Shown here one piece after another: positions 1 through 10,415 of a stretch of DNA of 64,000 nt; positions within the stretch are counted from its first letter, which is position 1, and every line of letters begins with the position of its first letter. A program made the translations under genes and the position numbers. The notes under the pieces are model-generated. The model was not told the origin of the DNA, did no database searches, and saw only the letters and a program-made list of their open reading frames with translations. The stretch lies in the sequence record MK268344.1. One strand, given 5' to 3'.

Positions 1-2
1 AG

Positions 3-1829
3 TACACGATTGGTGCGTTAGGATATGGTTCAGATAGTCGTTTATTCGTTGATTCATTTGGACGTACTCGTATTTTTGATGATGAAATTGATATCAATGA
101 ATATCCTAATGATAGTTCGAATCGAGTATTTTATCCTACATATAAAATTGAAAGAATTTCAATGAATAGTATACCTACTGAACATATAACAGGTAGCGGT
201 ACTATTTTAGTTCCACAAACTTCAGATTTAATTGAAGAAACTGACATTGTTATTATGGATACATTGGGTAATTTTGTTAGTACTGGATTGAAGTTTAATG
301 CAAATGGTCAAATATTACAAACGATGATATATGAATCAGACCCAATTGATGCTTATTTCAGGGCGACGATTGTACCATTAACTTCCTACTATAAATCACC
401 ATCTGATGCATTTTATGTTGGTAAAAGATTCAAAGCATATCAAATGTGGGTTTGTCCAGATGATCACACATACATTAAGGGTAACGTACAACCGGGACAT
501 TTGTACCAATTAAAAGATAACGTTATCTATCCGTATGTTATTAAATCAGAATATATCAATGGTGTAGAATATGCATTATTTGAAGAAGAAATGTGGAATG
601 ATTTAGGTGTATATTCGGTTAAACTTGGTGGTGATATTATTAATCAAACACGCCTATTCCGTATATTAGTAAATGCTAGTACAGGTGGTGGTATCGATTT
701 TGAAACTGATGCCAACTTAGGTAGAATTCACGTTGGTGAGTACTTTGGTCATACAGTTTATCCTGTCATCAAAGCAAGTGGTACTTTTGTTACTTACCGA
801 GTAGACTATGATTCATCGCCTGATGACATTAGAAAGTACGGTATTGATTTAACGGCTGATGGATTTATGGTCGGTACTGCATATGCTAGAAGTAAGGATT
901 TCTCAGCTAACGATGATATTAAACTTGAATTTGATGTTATAGCAAACGAAAAGAGTGGTGCAACTGTTACTAAACGATTCAACATTACAATTATTCGTGG
1001 TTTTGGACAGAACTTCCTAACTGCACACATTGCACCAAGTAAGACTTTCGAACGTGCATGGTTTTCTAGCATTGCAACATCAAACTATTATTTAAACAAA
1101 ACTTACTACCGGGAAAGTGATGATAGATATGGTATACAAAAGATCCCACGTCTGCTATTGAAAGAAAACTTTGTCTCCCAGAACTTTAATTTTGTTTCCA
1201 TTAAAGAAACTAAAAAGTTGTTATCAAAGACTATTGTTGACCCAGATTTTGGTGCTCCAGTACCGAATGGTGTCTTCTCATTAGTAATGGGTAATTATAA
1301 GATAACATCTGCACTTGACAATCTCGGAAATGTGGTGTATGATTTACTCTACCGTGAACTTCATCCATCAGGTACACGTGTTGATGTGAGCATGAATCCT
1401 CATGTTTATACGACAACGAACAATGATGTGTTTGCTGAAATATTTGGTTTGCGTCAGAATGTATTCAAGGCGGTTGGGGAAGATGTAACAAACCTATACA
1501 CTGACCCTGATGACTTCCGTGATCGTGCATTGGTAGTTCCTCCAATAGCTGGATTATCAGATGAAATGACTGATACAGTCCCACGTTTCATGAATCACCC
1601 GTATGAAGAATATGGTTTAAAACCACAATTCATGCCTATACTACCTGTTGCGTATTTCAAACCCGGTCAAGCAGAAGCATTCTTTACTAAACTTGTGCAA
1701 AGTAATGAGCACAGTACTTTAGTAAATACCGAGTTCGAAGTACATGGTGTAGAATTTACTTTCCACACTTCTGAATATGAATTATATGTGAAAGATAAAT
1801 TTATTATTCCATTAGTAGGTAAGCAATAA
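3..1829 (+). CDS. Large virion structural (baseplate-like) protein, 5'-truncated
   Basis: Frame is open from position 3 with no stop before the ATG at 162, so the gene starts upstream of the window; beta-rich; function is inference. Confidence 0.55.
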   Translation, partial: YTIGALGYGSDSRLFVDSFGRTRIFDDEIDINEYPNDSSNRVFYPTYKIERISMNSIPTEHITGSGTILVPQTSDLIEETDIVIMDTLGNFVSTGLKFNANGQILQTMIYESDPIDAYFRATIVPLTSYYKSPSDAFYVGKRFKAYQMWVCPDDHTYIKGNVQPGHLYQLKDNVIYPYVIKSEYINGVEYALFEEEMWNDLGVYSVKLGGDIINQTRLFRILVNASTGGGIDFETDANLGRIHVGEYFGHTVYPVIKASGTFVTYRVDYDSSPDDIRKYGIDLTADGFMVGTAYARSKDFSANDDIKLEFDVIANEKSGATVTKRFNITIIRGFGQNFLTAHIAPSKTFERAWFSSIATSNYYLNKTYYRESDDRYGIQKIPRLLLKENFVSQNFNFVSIKETKKLLSKTIVDPDFGAPVPNGVFSLVMGNYKITSALDNLGNVVYDLLYRELHPSGTRVDVSMNPHVYTTTNNDVFAEIFGLRQNVFKAVGEDVTNLYTDPDDFRDRALVVPPIAGLSDEMTDTVPRFMNHPYEEYGLKPQFMPILPVAYFKPGQAEAFFTKLVQSNEHSTLVNTEFEVHGVEFTFHTSEYELYVKDKFIIPLVGKQ

Positions 1830-1838
1830 GGAGATTGT

Positions 1839-2147
1839 ATGTTTGATCCATTTTTTGACCCATCGGGTATGACTGATAAGGAATTACAACAAAAAATCTT
1901 TGATATGAGTAATCGTATAACACAAGCACGTAATGCTGGAATGCCATCAGACATGATAGTACGTATGTACCTTGTTATTGATGCATGTGATGAAGAAATG
2001 TTATTTCGTGCATCTAGAAAGGAATACGAACAACTCGAAGATGAAGATACATGTGTATTCGATACCGAGTCTTACTTGAATAAAGAAGAGGATAAGAATA
2101 AAAAACATGAAAGTCCAAGGAAACAGATATATAAATCAGGATGGTGA
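1839..2147 (+). CDS. Hypothetical protein
   Basis: GGAG RBS, 102 aa. Confidence 0.7.
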   Translation: MFDPFFDPSGMTDKELQQKIFDMSNRITQARNAGMPSDMIVRMYLVIDACDEEMLFRASRKEYEQLEDEDTCVFDTESYLNKEEDKNKKHESPRKQIYKSGW

Positions 2148-2625
2148 GGTATACTGCAATTTAAATGCAGTAGTCTACGCTATGAATTGTGGTTCAGATT
2201 TGCAATATCTCAAATTAATGGAGATGGATGAATTTGAACGTGAAAAATTCAATGATAACTGTAAGAAGTTTGGATTAGAATATCGTATGCTCGATTACAC
2301 AATCGAGCACGATAAGAATCATGAGCTATGGCGATATGACCCAGCTTATGATAATATAAATTTAGAAGAGTACTTTCTAAACTTGTGTGAAACTGATGCA
2401 CAAAAGCAGAGAGTACTGGAAGAACTTAGCTTATATGAACAATACAACATGACGAAACTACTACGCTGCATGATGTGGTTAGTTGATTACCTTGAAGAAC
2501 ATAATATCTTTTGGGGGTTAGGTCGTGGTAGTTCAGTGAGTAGTTATTGCTTATTTTTACTAGGATTGCATTTGGTTGACAGTCTTAAATATGAGCTTGA
2601 TGTAAATGAGTTCTTGAAATGGTAA
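2107..2625 (+). CDS. Stand-alone DNA polymerase III alpha (DnaE) palm-region fragment
   Basis: WGLGRGSSVSSYCLFLLGLHLVDSLKYELDVNEFL matches the DnaE motif GxGRGSxxGSxxxYxLGITxxDPxxxxLxFERFL; only 172 aa. Confidence 0.75.
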   Translation: MKVQGNRYINQDGEVYCNLNAVVYAMNCGSDLQYLKLMEMDEFEREKFNDNCKKFGLEYRMLDYTIEHDKNHELWRYDPAYDNINLEEYFLNLCETDAQKQRVLEELSLYEQYNMTKLLRCMMWLVDYLEEHNIFWGLGRGSSVSSYCLFLLGLHLVDSLKYELDVNEFLKW

Positions 2626-2655
2626 ACTAACTGTGCTAATATAAGGATATATTTT

Positions 2656-3048
2656 ATGGCAAAACACACCTCTTATCGTGGTCAGACCATTGATATGGAT
2701 ATGATGAAATATCAAAATCAGACTGCGACTGCTCTTGGCAATGCAAACATGAATGCACGTGGTGATAAAATCGGTCAAGGTGGCACTGTCATCAAGACTC
2801 GTGAAGAACTACTTGCTGAACGTGAACGTCAAATGCAACTACCAGATTTCATTCCAGAACATACTAGTCACTCAGTAGCAGTACAAACTGCTGATGAAGG
2901 ATTTGATGATTCTATGTTCGAACTACCAGAACAAGAACCGGTAGCTGCACCTGTACAGCCTGTACAGGAAGCTAAAGAAGAACCAGCTAAAGAAGCAGTG
3001 GAGAAAGTTTCCCCACGCAGAGTACGTACTAAGAAAGACGGAGAGTAA
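2656..3048 (+). CDS. Hypothetical protein, acidic/Pro-rich C-terminus
   Basis: AAGGA RBS, typical codon usage. Confidence 0.7.
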   Translation: MAKHTSYRGQTIDMDMMKYQNQTATALGNANMNARGDKIGQGGTVIKTREELLAERERQMQLPDFIPEHTSHSVAVQTADEGFDDSMFELPEQEPVAAPVQPVQEAKEEPAKEAVEKVSPRRVRTKKDGE

Positions 3049-3053
3049 TAATC

Positions 3054-3377
3054 ATGGAGTCAAAAGTTATTACAGCTTTTAAAGGTAAAGTTTTAGTTAC
3101 CAATTTAGACAGTGGTGAACAAAAAACTGCTGGTGGTATTATTCTATCAGATGATGATGGCAAACTACGTGGTATCCATAGCCGTTGGGCTAAAGTATAT
3201 AGCGTTGGTGAAGATATCACTGATATTAAAGAAGGTGAATGGATTCTAGTTGAACATGGTCGTTGGTCACGTACCATTACAGTAGATGGTATTCAAATGA
3301 ACCTAGTAGATTATCCAAAAGGTGTACTATGTTCATCCCCAGAACGTCCAGAAGGTTATGTTGGACTAGGAAAATAA
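3054..3377 (+). CDS. groES: GroES-like co-chaperonin
   Basis: KVLV...EQKTAGGIIL mobile loop, VYSVG...IKEGEWIL pattern. Confidence 0.9.
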   Translation: MESKVITAFKGKVLVTNLDSGEQKTAGGIILSDDDGKLRGIHSRWAKVYSVGEDITDIKEGEWILVEHGRWSRTITVDGIQMNLVDYPKGVLCSSPERPEGYVGLGK

Positions 3378-3384
3378 TTCAAAT

Positions 3385-3410
3385 GCCCGAAGTTTTTCGG
3401 GCTTTATTTT
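3385..3410 (+). terminator. Intrinsic terminator
   Basis: GCCCGAA/TTCGGGC stem plus U-rich tail. Confidence 0.7.
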
Positions 3411-3422
3411 TGAAGGTACTTT

Positions 3423-3698
3423 ATGATCACAGAAGACGGTAAAGTAGATTTTAATTTTGTTAAGTTAGAATCGAAAAACGGTAAGTTCTATTTTGAACAT
3501 CCAAAAAATAAAAAATTAGTTTATGAAGTTAATCACGATCAATTCCGAACGTTATTCGTGAAAATGGCACAAGATAATGCTCGTGGTATTGAGTTACCAA
3601 ATCGTTCTAATTCTTTTGAGTACTTAATGAGTCAATTAGAAATGAACGAAGATCTATTTCAAGCAATGTTATACCCAAATGAAGATTGGACAATTTAG
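3423..3698 (+). CDS. Hypothetical protein
   Basis: 91-aa ORF with RBS. Confidence 0.6.
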   Translation: MITEDGKVDFNFVKLESKNGKFYFEHPKNKKLVYEVNHDQFRTLFVKMAQDNARGIELPNRSNSFEYLMSQLEMNEDLFQAMLYPNEDWTI

Positions 3699-3707
3699 GA
3701 GTTAATT

Positions 3708-4664
3708 ATGAGTAATGCACTATGGACAGAAAAGTATCGCCCACAAGATATGGAAAACTACGTATTCAAAAACCCAGCTTTTAAAGAAAAGATGGATGAA
3801 TGGATTCGTACTGGTGATATTCCACATATTGGCTTTTTTGGGCCAGCAGGTACAGGTAAAACATCTGCAATCGGTGTTCTAATTAACGGCCTAGAAAAGA
3901 ATGGTCACATTGATCGTTTTGACGTTATGGTACTTAACATGTCCGATGAAGGTATCGACGCAGTTCGTGAAAAGATTGACCAAGCAGCACGTCTAGCACC
4001 TAATGGTAAGTACCGTATCTTTGTACTAGAAGAAATGGAACAGATGCACCAAAAAGCACAAGGTTCCCTAAAACGTACAATGGAAGACTATGCCGAAAAT
4101 GCTCGTTTCATTCTAACATCAAACGAACCTCACAAGATTCTAAAACCAATCCTATCGCGTGTTCAAACTATCATGATTGAGAAGCACGACCGTGAGGCGT
4201 ATATGACTCGTGTAATCAATATCCTACTAGCTGAAAACGTAGACTTGAGTACTGATGAATCTATCGAACTTGTTGAAAAATACATCAATGCAACCTATCC
4301 TGATTTCCGTAAAACACTAAACACGTTGCAAAGCAGTATCGTTGATGGTAAACTACTAAAACTTGAGGATAGCATTGATAGCACAGCGAACTACCGTTCA
4401 CTCATCATTGATGCACTAAAGAACAACAACATTCGTGAGATGCGTGAACTCATTGTTCAAAACATTCCAGAAGATGAAATGGATGGGTTCTTTACATATC
4501 TTTCACAGAATGTTAAAATGTTCTCAGATGACGAAATCACTCGTATGAAAATTATCGTTAAAATTCGTGATGCAATGGTGAAACAAGCGTCTGTATCAGA
4601 CCGTGAACTCAACCTAAGTGCATTGCTATGTGAAATCGACCTAATCTGCACAGGAAACTGGTAA
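3708..4664 (+). CDS. Clamp loader small subunit (RFC / T4 gp44-like AAA+)
   Basis: LWTEKYRP, Walker A GPAGTGKT, Walker B variant FVLEE, SRV sensor motif. Confidence 0.92.
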   Translation: MSNALWTEKYRPQDMENYVFKNPAFKEKMDEWIRTGDIPHIGFFGPAGTGKTSAIGVLINGLEKNGHIDRFDVMVLNMSDEGIDAVREKIDQAARLAPNGKYRIFVLEEMEQMHQKAQGSLKRTMEDYAENARFILTSNEPHKILKPILSRVQTIMIEKHDREAYMTRVINILLAENVDLSTDESIELVEKYINATYPDFRKTLNTLQSSIVDGKLLKLEDSIDSTANYRSLIIDALKNNNIREMRELIVQNIPEDEMDGFFTYLSQNVKMFSDDEITRMKIIVKIRDAMVKQASVSDRELNLSALLCEIDLICTGNW

Positions 4665-5284
4665 TGACTAAACAAAAAGTTGTCGTATTTGATTGTGATG
4701 AAATTTTACTAGACCACTTAGGTGGTCTTCGTGAATATGTTAAAGACCACTTTGATATTGTCACAAAAACGGAATACCCTACTGAATATTGCCTAGAAGA
4801 ATGGCTAGGACTTGACGCAGTACAAGTACAAGAAGTAATCAAACAATTCAATCAGACATCTTATGAGTTTGGATTGCTAAAACCTCTAGAGGGTGCACAA
4901 TCCCTTCTTTGTGCATTGCGTCATACATACCCAGATGTAGTATTCGCAGTACTAACAAAGTCTGGTACATTCGGTCATGGTGAAGTACTTCGCCATGTTA
5001 ATATTCACAATGTATACCCTAATATCTTCGATGAGATTCACATTGTAGAAATGTATGAATCAAAACGTGGTGTTCTATCTAAACTCAAACAACAATATGA
5101 TGTTGTATGTTTAGTAGACGATTACATTATGAATATCGAAACAGCATTGGCATTGGAAATTCCCGGTATCATGTTGAAACGTCCACACAATGAAAAGTAC
5201 AAAGTTCGTACAGATTTCACTTTTGTTGAAAATTGGGCTGGAATTATACATAGTGTAATTACTTTGATGAATAAAGGGGAGTAA
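4664..5284 (+). CDS. HAD-family 5'(3')-deoxyribonucleotidase-like protein
   Basis: Motif I FDCDEIL, motif IV LVDDY. Confidence 0.75.
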   Translation: MTKQKVVVFDCDEILLDHLGGLREYVKDHFDIVTKTEYPTEYCLEEWLGLDAVQVQEVIKQFNQTSYEFGLLKPLEGAQSLLCALRHTYPDVVFAVLTKSGTFGHGEVLRHVNIHNVYPNIFDEIHIVEMYESKRGVLSKLKQQYDVVCLVDDYIMNIETALALEIPGIMLKRPHNEKYKVRTDFTFVENWAGIIHSVITLMNKGE

Positions 5285-5310
5285 TCCCCTTTTGTTGTTT
5301 TCATATTCAG

Positions 5311-5316
5311 TAAATA
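5311..5316 (+). promoter_or_regulatory. Possible T4-like late promoter (TAAATA); similar sites at 42161, 46586, 50554
   Basis: TAAATA 20-40 nt upstream of starts; weak evidence in AT-rich DNA. Confidence 0.3.
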
Positions 5317-5350
5317 AGAATATAATTATGTAACATAAAGGAACATAAAC

Positions 5351-5923
5351 ATGGAAGAAAATTCAGCTATTCAAAACTTGTATGATCAAGATGGTCTTCT
5401 AGATATCCTTATTGGTGTTGAGAAGTACTTTGACGATATGGACTTGTTTGCTTATAAGAACTGGATTTACGGTGAACTAGTAGAGGGGCCATTCGTTAGT
5501 AAGTATTGGGTTGAAGTAACTTTCAAATACGACCACGACACATTCCCAGACCCAATGGGTACTAAGGTTCTAGAGCAGCAAGGTACTAAAATTTCTATTA
5601 AGCGTGATTTTGAAAATACTCCTATTGCTTTCCCACGTAACCGTAATGATATGGAAGCTGTAGGTACACAAAGTGGTTCGGTCTCTTTACCAAAAGATGA
5701 ACGAATTCCCATTATACTTTATAAATTTCAAATTCCTCGTCGCATTGTCAATCCAGAAAGTTTTGATGAGTACAAACTACTTGCGAGTACTTTTAATAAA
5801 AATGCAGAAATGGATGAAGGTGAAGAACAACCAGCACCAGATATGAGCATGGAAGATGATCAAGAAGTCCAGCAGATGGATGATCAATTCGGCTTAGACG
5901 ATGAAAACCAAGGAGGTATGTAA
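5351..5923 (+). CDS. Hypothetical protein with acidic tail
   Basis: AAGGA RBS, 190 aa. Confidence 0.75.
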   Translation: MEENSAIQNLYDQDGLLDILIGVEKYFDDMDLFAYKNWIYGELVEGPFVSKYWVEVTFKYDHDTFPDPMGTKVLEQQGTKISIKRDFENTPIAFPRNRNDMEAVGTQSGSVSLPKDERIPIILYKFQIPRRIVNPESFDEYKLLASTFNKNAEMDEGEEQPAPDMSMEDDQEVQQMDDQFGLDDENQGGM

Positions 5924-6603
5924 TGAAGCAACTTAATGAGAGAGCATTACGCCCCGACATTTTAAAAGATTTAATTCACCCAATCGTTAGTGTAGATGAA
6001 TATACTTCTAAGATTGGAGAGAACAATGTAGTAGTAGCTTTTCAAGTACTAGATAATTTTGATGCAGCTTATGACCTAAGCTCCTTTATCGAAAAATCAC
6101 CTATTGGAGTAATAGATACTGAAGCAAGTGAAACTCCAAACGTTGATGGTCGATATGTAGTTTTTTCTGAATTCGAACGTAACGGTGAGTTTCCAGAGAA
6201 GCTACTAAAGCTATTAAAAACCATTGAAAACATTTGTCCTAATCCGGGATGGAAAATTCAACTATACGGAATCAACGATCCAATTGATGTAGATTTTGAT
6301 ATTATTACTCAAAAAATGGAATTAGTTGAACCTGAAAAGGTACTAGAATTCTTCGATCCAGCAGGAGTTAGTGTCGATGTACTACCTGAAACCATTCGTC
6401 TAAACACCATTTATGGTGCATTACACTTCCAGCGTGGTAGTGGTATGGTTTCCGAAAGTTATGTAAAATCTTTACTTGGTGACAAGCCACAGCTTGACAA
6501 TACTCGTTTGAGTGCTATACTAGGTGAAGACTATGATGTGCTAAGATCTGGTCAACAGTATATCGTAGGAAATCGTACAGGACAATATATTGTACTTCGC
6601 TAA
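5923..6603 (+). CDS. Hypothetical protein
   Basis: TAATG coupling, GGAGG RBS. Confidence 0.75.
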   Translation: MKQLNERALRPDILKDLIHPIVSVDEYTSKIGENNVVVAFQVLDNFDAAYDLSSFIEKSPIGVIDTEASETPNVDGRYVVFSEFERNGEFPEKLLKLLKTIENICPNPGWKIQLYGINDPIDVDFDIITQKMELVEPEKVLEFFDPAGVSVDVLPETIRLNTIYGALHFQRGSGMVSESYVKSLLGDKPQLDNTRLSAILGEDYDVLRSGQQYIVGNRTGQYIVLR

Positions 6604-7400
6604 TGAGAGTACTAAACACTTTATTAGCACTACATGAAACAACAAAATGCAGTAATCAAAAATCTGGTAGAGTTGGACTTAGTAAACGTTTATACGTTCG
6701 AACCTATGAAATAAATCGTATAGGTAAAGGATATGATAATATTAAACGCTTAGATGTTGGTACTGAATTAATTCTCAAAGCCTATCTTGCACGTAAAGTC
6801 TATATAAATGAGAAAAACCTACGAAATGGATTCTTCTTCGAGATTGAGGATTATCATAACGAAGTAGAGTTCACAAAAGGTCTGTGGAAGATCTTTTGTA
6901 TTGAAGTGTTTGGAACATACATGCCAGAATTACCCGTTCCTGAAACCTATTCAGAGTTAGAGAAAATCTTTCGTAATGATGAATTGTACTTTTCATTTTC
7001 ATTGTACAAAACGGTGAAGGAAGCAGTAATACACAACCAGATAAAGAACTCAAAACATTTTCAGACCATTAAGGACTTTGATTTGTTTTGTTCATTACCG
7101 GGTATTCCCGGATGGACTGCACAGCAACATGGTGCTATGTTGGCTGATGGTAGAGTAGAGGCACCACAAAGACTAATGCAGGTTGCATTAGGTATGTTCA
7201 AACTTGAACACTTAGGATGCCCAGAACCGTACCAGTACTTTTGGAAAGAACGTGCAAACGCAGCAATGAATAAAGCGATTGCAGTACTACAAAAGTCATA
7301 TATAGTAAAATTTAGAAATGCCACAATGTATGATAAATCAGTCTTACCAGAAAGATTTGAACCAATCGAGACATTTGTATGGAACAAGAAAAGAGCGTAA
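6603..7400 (+). CDS. Hypothetical basic protein
   Basis: TAATG coupling, followed by terminator. Confidence 0.65.
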   Translation: MRVLNTLLALHETTKCSNQKSGRVGLSKRLYVRTYEINRIGKGYDNIKRLDVGTELILKAYLARKVYINEKNLRNGFFFEIEDYHNEVEFTKGLWKIFCIEVFGTYMPELPVPETYSELEKIFRNDELYFSFSLYKTVKEAVIHNQIKNSKHFQTIKDFDLFCSLPGIPGWTAQQHGAMLADGRVEAPQRLMQVALGMFKLEHLGCPEPYQYFWKERANAAMNKAIAVLQKSYIVKFRNATMYDKSVLPERFEPIETFVWNKKRA

Positions 7401-7417
7401 AAAATTACGCTCTTTTT
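7391..7417 (+). terminator. Intrinsic terminator
   Basis: AAGAGCGTAA/TTACGCTCTT plus T run. Confidence 0.7.
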
Positions 7418-7429
7418 GTTTTTAGGGGG

Positions 7430-7458
7430 TTGACAAGCCAACCAGATATAGATATAAT
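7430..7458 (+). promoter_or_regulatory. Sigma70 consensus (early-type) promoter
   Basis: TTGACA-N17-TATAAT. Confidence 0.85.
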
Positions 7459-7520
7459 TATCTCACTTTATTGAAGTACACACTTTTACTATCGAATAAC
7501 CAAAAAGAGGGAAATCTCAT

Positions 7521-7955
7521 ATGACAGCTAAAATCGAATTCTTCTATACCCACGGTCACCACTACACTGCATCTGGTGTTATTGATGACAGCATTGTAAC
7601 TGATGGTGACATTCTATCATATTCTTCTACTATTGAAAAAGAAAACCTTGACATTCGCACTATGGGCGTTACTGAAGTTAAAATGAAAGATCTTAAATTT
7701 GCCATTGTAACTTATAGTGCTGGTTCAATGTATGAAGGTTGTACTCAAATCATTCATGGTCTAGTTGAGAAGTTCGATATTATGGCAACTTTCACTGAAG
7801 CGGAAAAGATTCGTAAGCTAGAAGAATCCGAGCGTGAAGCTGAAGAACGTGCACAGTACCGTCGCCAGCGTGAAGCAGAGAAGTACGTAGAACGCCGCAA
7901 AAAACGTGCTGCCGAACGTAAAGCAGAACGTGCTAAAAATGGTGCATCTAACTAA
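7521..7955 (+). CDS. Hypothetical protein, charged helical C-terminus
   Basis: GAGG RBS, downstream of promoter. Confidence 0.75.
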   Translation: MTAKIEFFYTHGHHYTASGVIDDSIVTDGDILSYSSTIEKENLDIRTMGVTEVKMKDLKFAIVTYSAGSMYEGCTQIIHGLVEKFDIMATFTEAEKIRKLEESEREAEERAQYRRQREAEKYVERRKKRAAERKAERAKNGASN

Positions 7956-7961
7956 AAAGTA

Positions 7962-7990
7962 TTGACCCCGTTTTAGTACTGACATATAAT
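7962..7990 (+). promoter_or_regulatory. Sigma70-type promoter
   Basis: TTGACC-N17-TATAAT. Confidence 0.75.
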
Positions 7991-8043
7991 ACCGTCATCA
8001 AGGGGAGCATCATGCTCCCTTATTAATCAACAAAGGAATCGAA

Positions 8044-9177
8044 ATGAAAGGCAAATACTTTTTTATTGAAAACAGAAAAGAAATTGAAATTGCAGAATTT
8101 GATTACAAATATGTGCGGAACGCCTTTCTAAAAGAATATGATCGTTCTGCAAACCGCAAATACTGCTACACAGTTATTGTAAGTCGTACATACGATCCAA
8201 CTGGTGAACCAATTTTTGATGTTCGGGTTCTAGACCTCAATGACATTTACTTTGACAATACTCGCTTACGTATGTTGGAAGTGATGATTGACGAAATTGG
8301 TTTTGCTAATAAACCTGAAGATCGTCGTATTCAAAATCTTCCTATGCCTCCACTCCAGAAAGAATATCAGGAGTACTTGGAAGGTAAAAAACGCAAAGCT
8401 GTAGTAACTGAAGTTTCTAATCAGCTTATCGAGGTTCCACCTCCACCAGAACTTAAACGTGTTCCAGTGGCAGAAGATGATTCTCGCATCATGGCAGTGG
8501 AAGCTATGTTTTCTGATAATGATGTGGAAGTTAAACCATTAGTGGTGCTAGATTGGGTTGATAACTTCCCTATTGCTAATCATGAAGTTACGGTTAAAAT
8601 GCGTAACATGACTGAAAAGCAAATCAAAATGGCATCATCTATTAGTGCACATAGCGAGTACTTGCATGGCGTTATGAATAATATCGGTTCAGTACTTGAA
8701 GAGATTTTTCCTGTTAATCCGGGGTTCTTCAAGAAAGTGTTCGGGAATACCGATTTTAAAATCGAAAAAAAGAATGTTGATTCTGTAATCGAACGTTTGA
8801 CTAATGCTGTTAAAATCGACTCTCGTCGTTTTGCTGGTTTACAGACGAATTTTGATGAAATCAAAGAAATGGCATCTGAAATCAAAGAAAACCTTGAACA
8901 AGGTGTTATGGGCTGTAAGTATGCCGTTGCAAGCATTGAAGATGCATACGAATTTGACATTCGTGAAGAACGTCTCATGAAAATGGGTATCGTGGCAAAC
9001 CAGACACGTGCATCAATGATGGAAGCTGAAATGAAGTTCAACATGGATATGGAACGTTTTAACGAAATCCAAACTGTGTTGCTTCCAATCCTAGTGATTC
9101 GCATTCAGTCCAGTGCAAATTCCAAGTTGGATGATGATACGGTTAAGATTATTCGTAACATTGCAAAAAAAGATTAA
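8044..9177 (+). CDS. Coiled-coil protein; C-terminal half possibly a divergent TelA paralogue
   Basis: PGFFKKVFG segment parallels GIVGKFLGFF of the next gene, followed by long helices. Confidence 0.55.
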   Translation: MKGKYFFIENRKEIEIAEFDYKYVRNAFLKEYDRSANRKYCYTVIVSRTYDPTGEPIFDVRVLDLNDIYFDNTRLRMLEVMIDEIGFANKPEDRRIQNLPMPPLQKEYQEYLEGKKRKAVVTEVSNQLIEVPPPPELKRVPVAEDDSRIMAVEAMFSDNDVEVKPLVVLDWVDNFPIANHEVTVKMRNMTEKQIKMASSISAHSEYLHGVMNNIGSVLEEIFPVNPGFFKKVFGNTDFKIEKKNVDSVIERLTNAVKIDSRRFAGLQTNFDEIKEMASEIKENLEQGVMGCKYAVASIEDAYEFDIREERLMKMGIVANQTRASMMEAEMKFNMDMERFNEIQTVLLPILVIRIQSSANSKLDDDTVKIIRNIAKKD

Positions 9178-9185
9178 AATTGTAG

Positions 9186-9213
9186 TTGACACCATTTTGT
9201 AGTGCTGTATAAT
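9186..9213 (+). promoter_or_regulatory. Sigma70-type promoter
   Basis: TTGACA-N16-TATAAT. Confidence 0.7.
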
Positions 9214-9266
9214 GTTTACATTAAGACAAGCAGCACTACTTATTAACTAAACATGAGGAATACATA

Positions 9267-10409
9267 ATGTCCGAAAAAGATATCACTCCAGCAACTAAAA
9301 CTGTTCGCAAAACTGCTACTCGTAAAACTACTACCAAAGCGAAAGCGAAAGATAAAGTAGTTGTTCAGAGTGATGTTATCGAACAATCCGAAAAGCAGCT
9401 TCCAGCACTCGTCACTTCCAAAGGTGAGAAAATGGAACTAACTATCTCTAATATTCATCAGTTTGGTATGGATGCAGGTGCAAGCATTTCTACCCTAAAC
9501 GACCAAATCCTTAACCGTGTTAAAGTTGCGGATAGTGGTGAATTTGGTGAGAGCGTGAATAACATTCTTGCATTGACTCGTAGTGTTGATATCGAATCAC
9601 TTGGTACACCACGTAAAGGTATTGTTGGAAAATTCCTTGGTTTTTTCCGTGATGCAAAACGTCAAGTTACTGACCAGCTTAACACCAGCTACGATCAAAT
9701 TCAGGAAATTGTTAAAACCCTTGATGGTGGCGTAGCTCGTATGGAAGATGAATCACGTTGGCTTGAGCGTGTATACAATGCAAACATCGAAAACCTTCAT
9801 GAATTGAAAGCATCGCTTGCTAGCATTGAAGACGTAAAAGGCCCACAAGAAGAACTGCTCAATCAAATGCGTTTGAATGATGATATTGAAGTTGAGAAGT
9901 TTGAAGAACAAAAACTAATCGTTGAAGCACTAGATAAACAAGCTGATAAGGTACGTCGCTTGATTACTCTATCTCAACTCATGGCACCACAGATTATGTC
10001 CATGCGTAAAGTTAACACCAACACGCATGAGAAGTACCAGACTCTAATCACCACGACTATTCCAGCGTGGAAAACACAGATGAGCCTTGGTCTAATCAGT
10101 GATGCACAACGTAAAGATAACGAGCTTTCTGATAAGATTGACAACCAGACTAACCTACTACTATCTACTAACGCAGATACTGTAGCTAAGAACATGGTTG
10201 ATTCTGCGAAAGCTAACCAACGTGGGGTGGTTGATTTGGATACACTACGTAAAGTACAGAACACTATGCTCAAAGGTATTACAGATACCATTGCAGTTGA
10301 ACAAAGTGGTGCTGCTGAACGTGAAAAAGCAAAACTCGAAATGGAAGCAATGGATCGTGATTTGAAAAATGCTCTACTAGAGATTGCTGAAAAAACTCAC
10401 AAGAAATAA
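9267..10409 (+). CDS. TelA/KlaB-family toxic anion resistance protein
   Basis: 380-aa helical protein with FG..A, LITTTIPAWKTQM, GVVDLDTLRK patterns typical of TelA. Confidence 0.8.
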   Translation: MSEKDITPATKTVRKTATRKTTTKAKAKDKVVVQSDVIEQSEKQLPALVTSKGEKMELTISNIHQFGMDAGASISTLNDQILNRVKVADSGEFGESVNNILALTRSVDIESLGTPRKGIVGKFLGFFRDAKRQVTDQLNTSYDQIQEIVKTLDGGVARMEDESRWLERVYNANIENLHELKASLASIEDVKGPQEELLNQMRLNDDIEVEKFEEQKLIVEALDKQADKVRRLITLSQLMAPQIMSMRKVNTNTHEKYQTLITTTIPAWKTQMSLGLISDAQRKDNELSDKIDNQTNLLLSTNADTVAKNMVDSAKANQRGVVDLDTLRKVQNTMLKGITDTIAVEQSGAAEREKAKLEMEAMDRDLKNALLEIAEKTHKK

Positions 10410-10415
10410 TAAAAT

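Noticed and set aside
162-164. ATG given as the start of the 555-aa ORF
   Set aside because: The reading frame is open back to the window edge; this ATG is internal to a longer gene.
6603-7400. Possible homing endonuclease
   Set aside because: Basic and AT-rich, but no HNH, GIY-YIG, LAGLIDADG or PD-(D/E)XK motif recognised.
8580-9104. Long minus-strand ORFs (also 9974-10291, 7061-7441, 41335-41703, 55048-55371, 57690-58169 and others)
   Set aside because: Fully antisense to better-supported + strand genes, no RBS, Ser/Ile/Phe-rich shadow composition.
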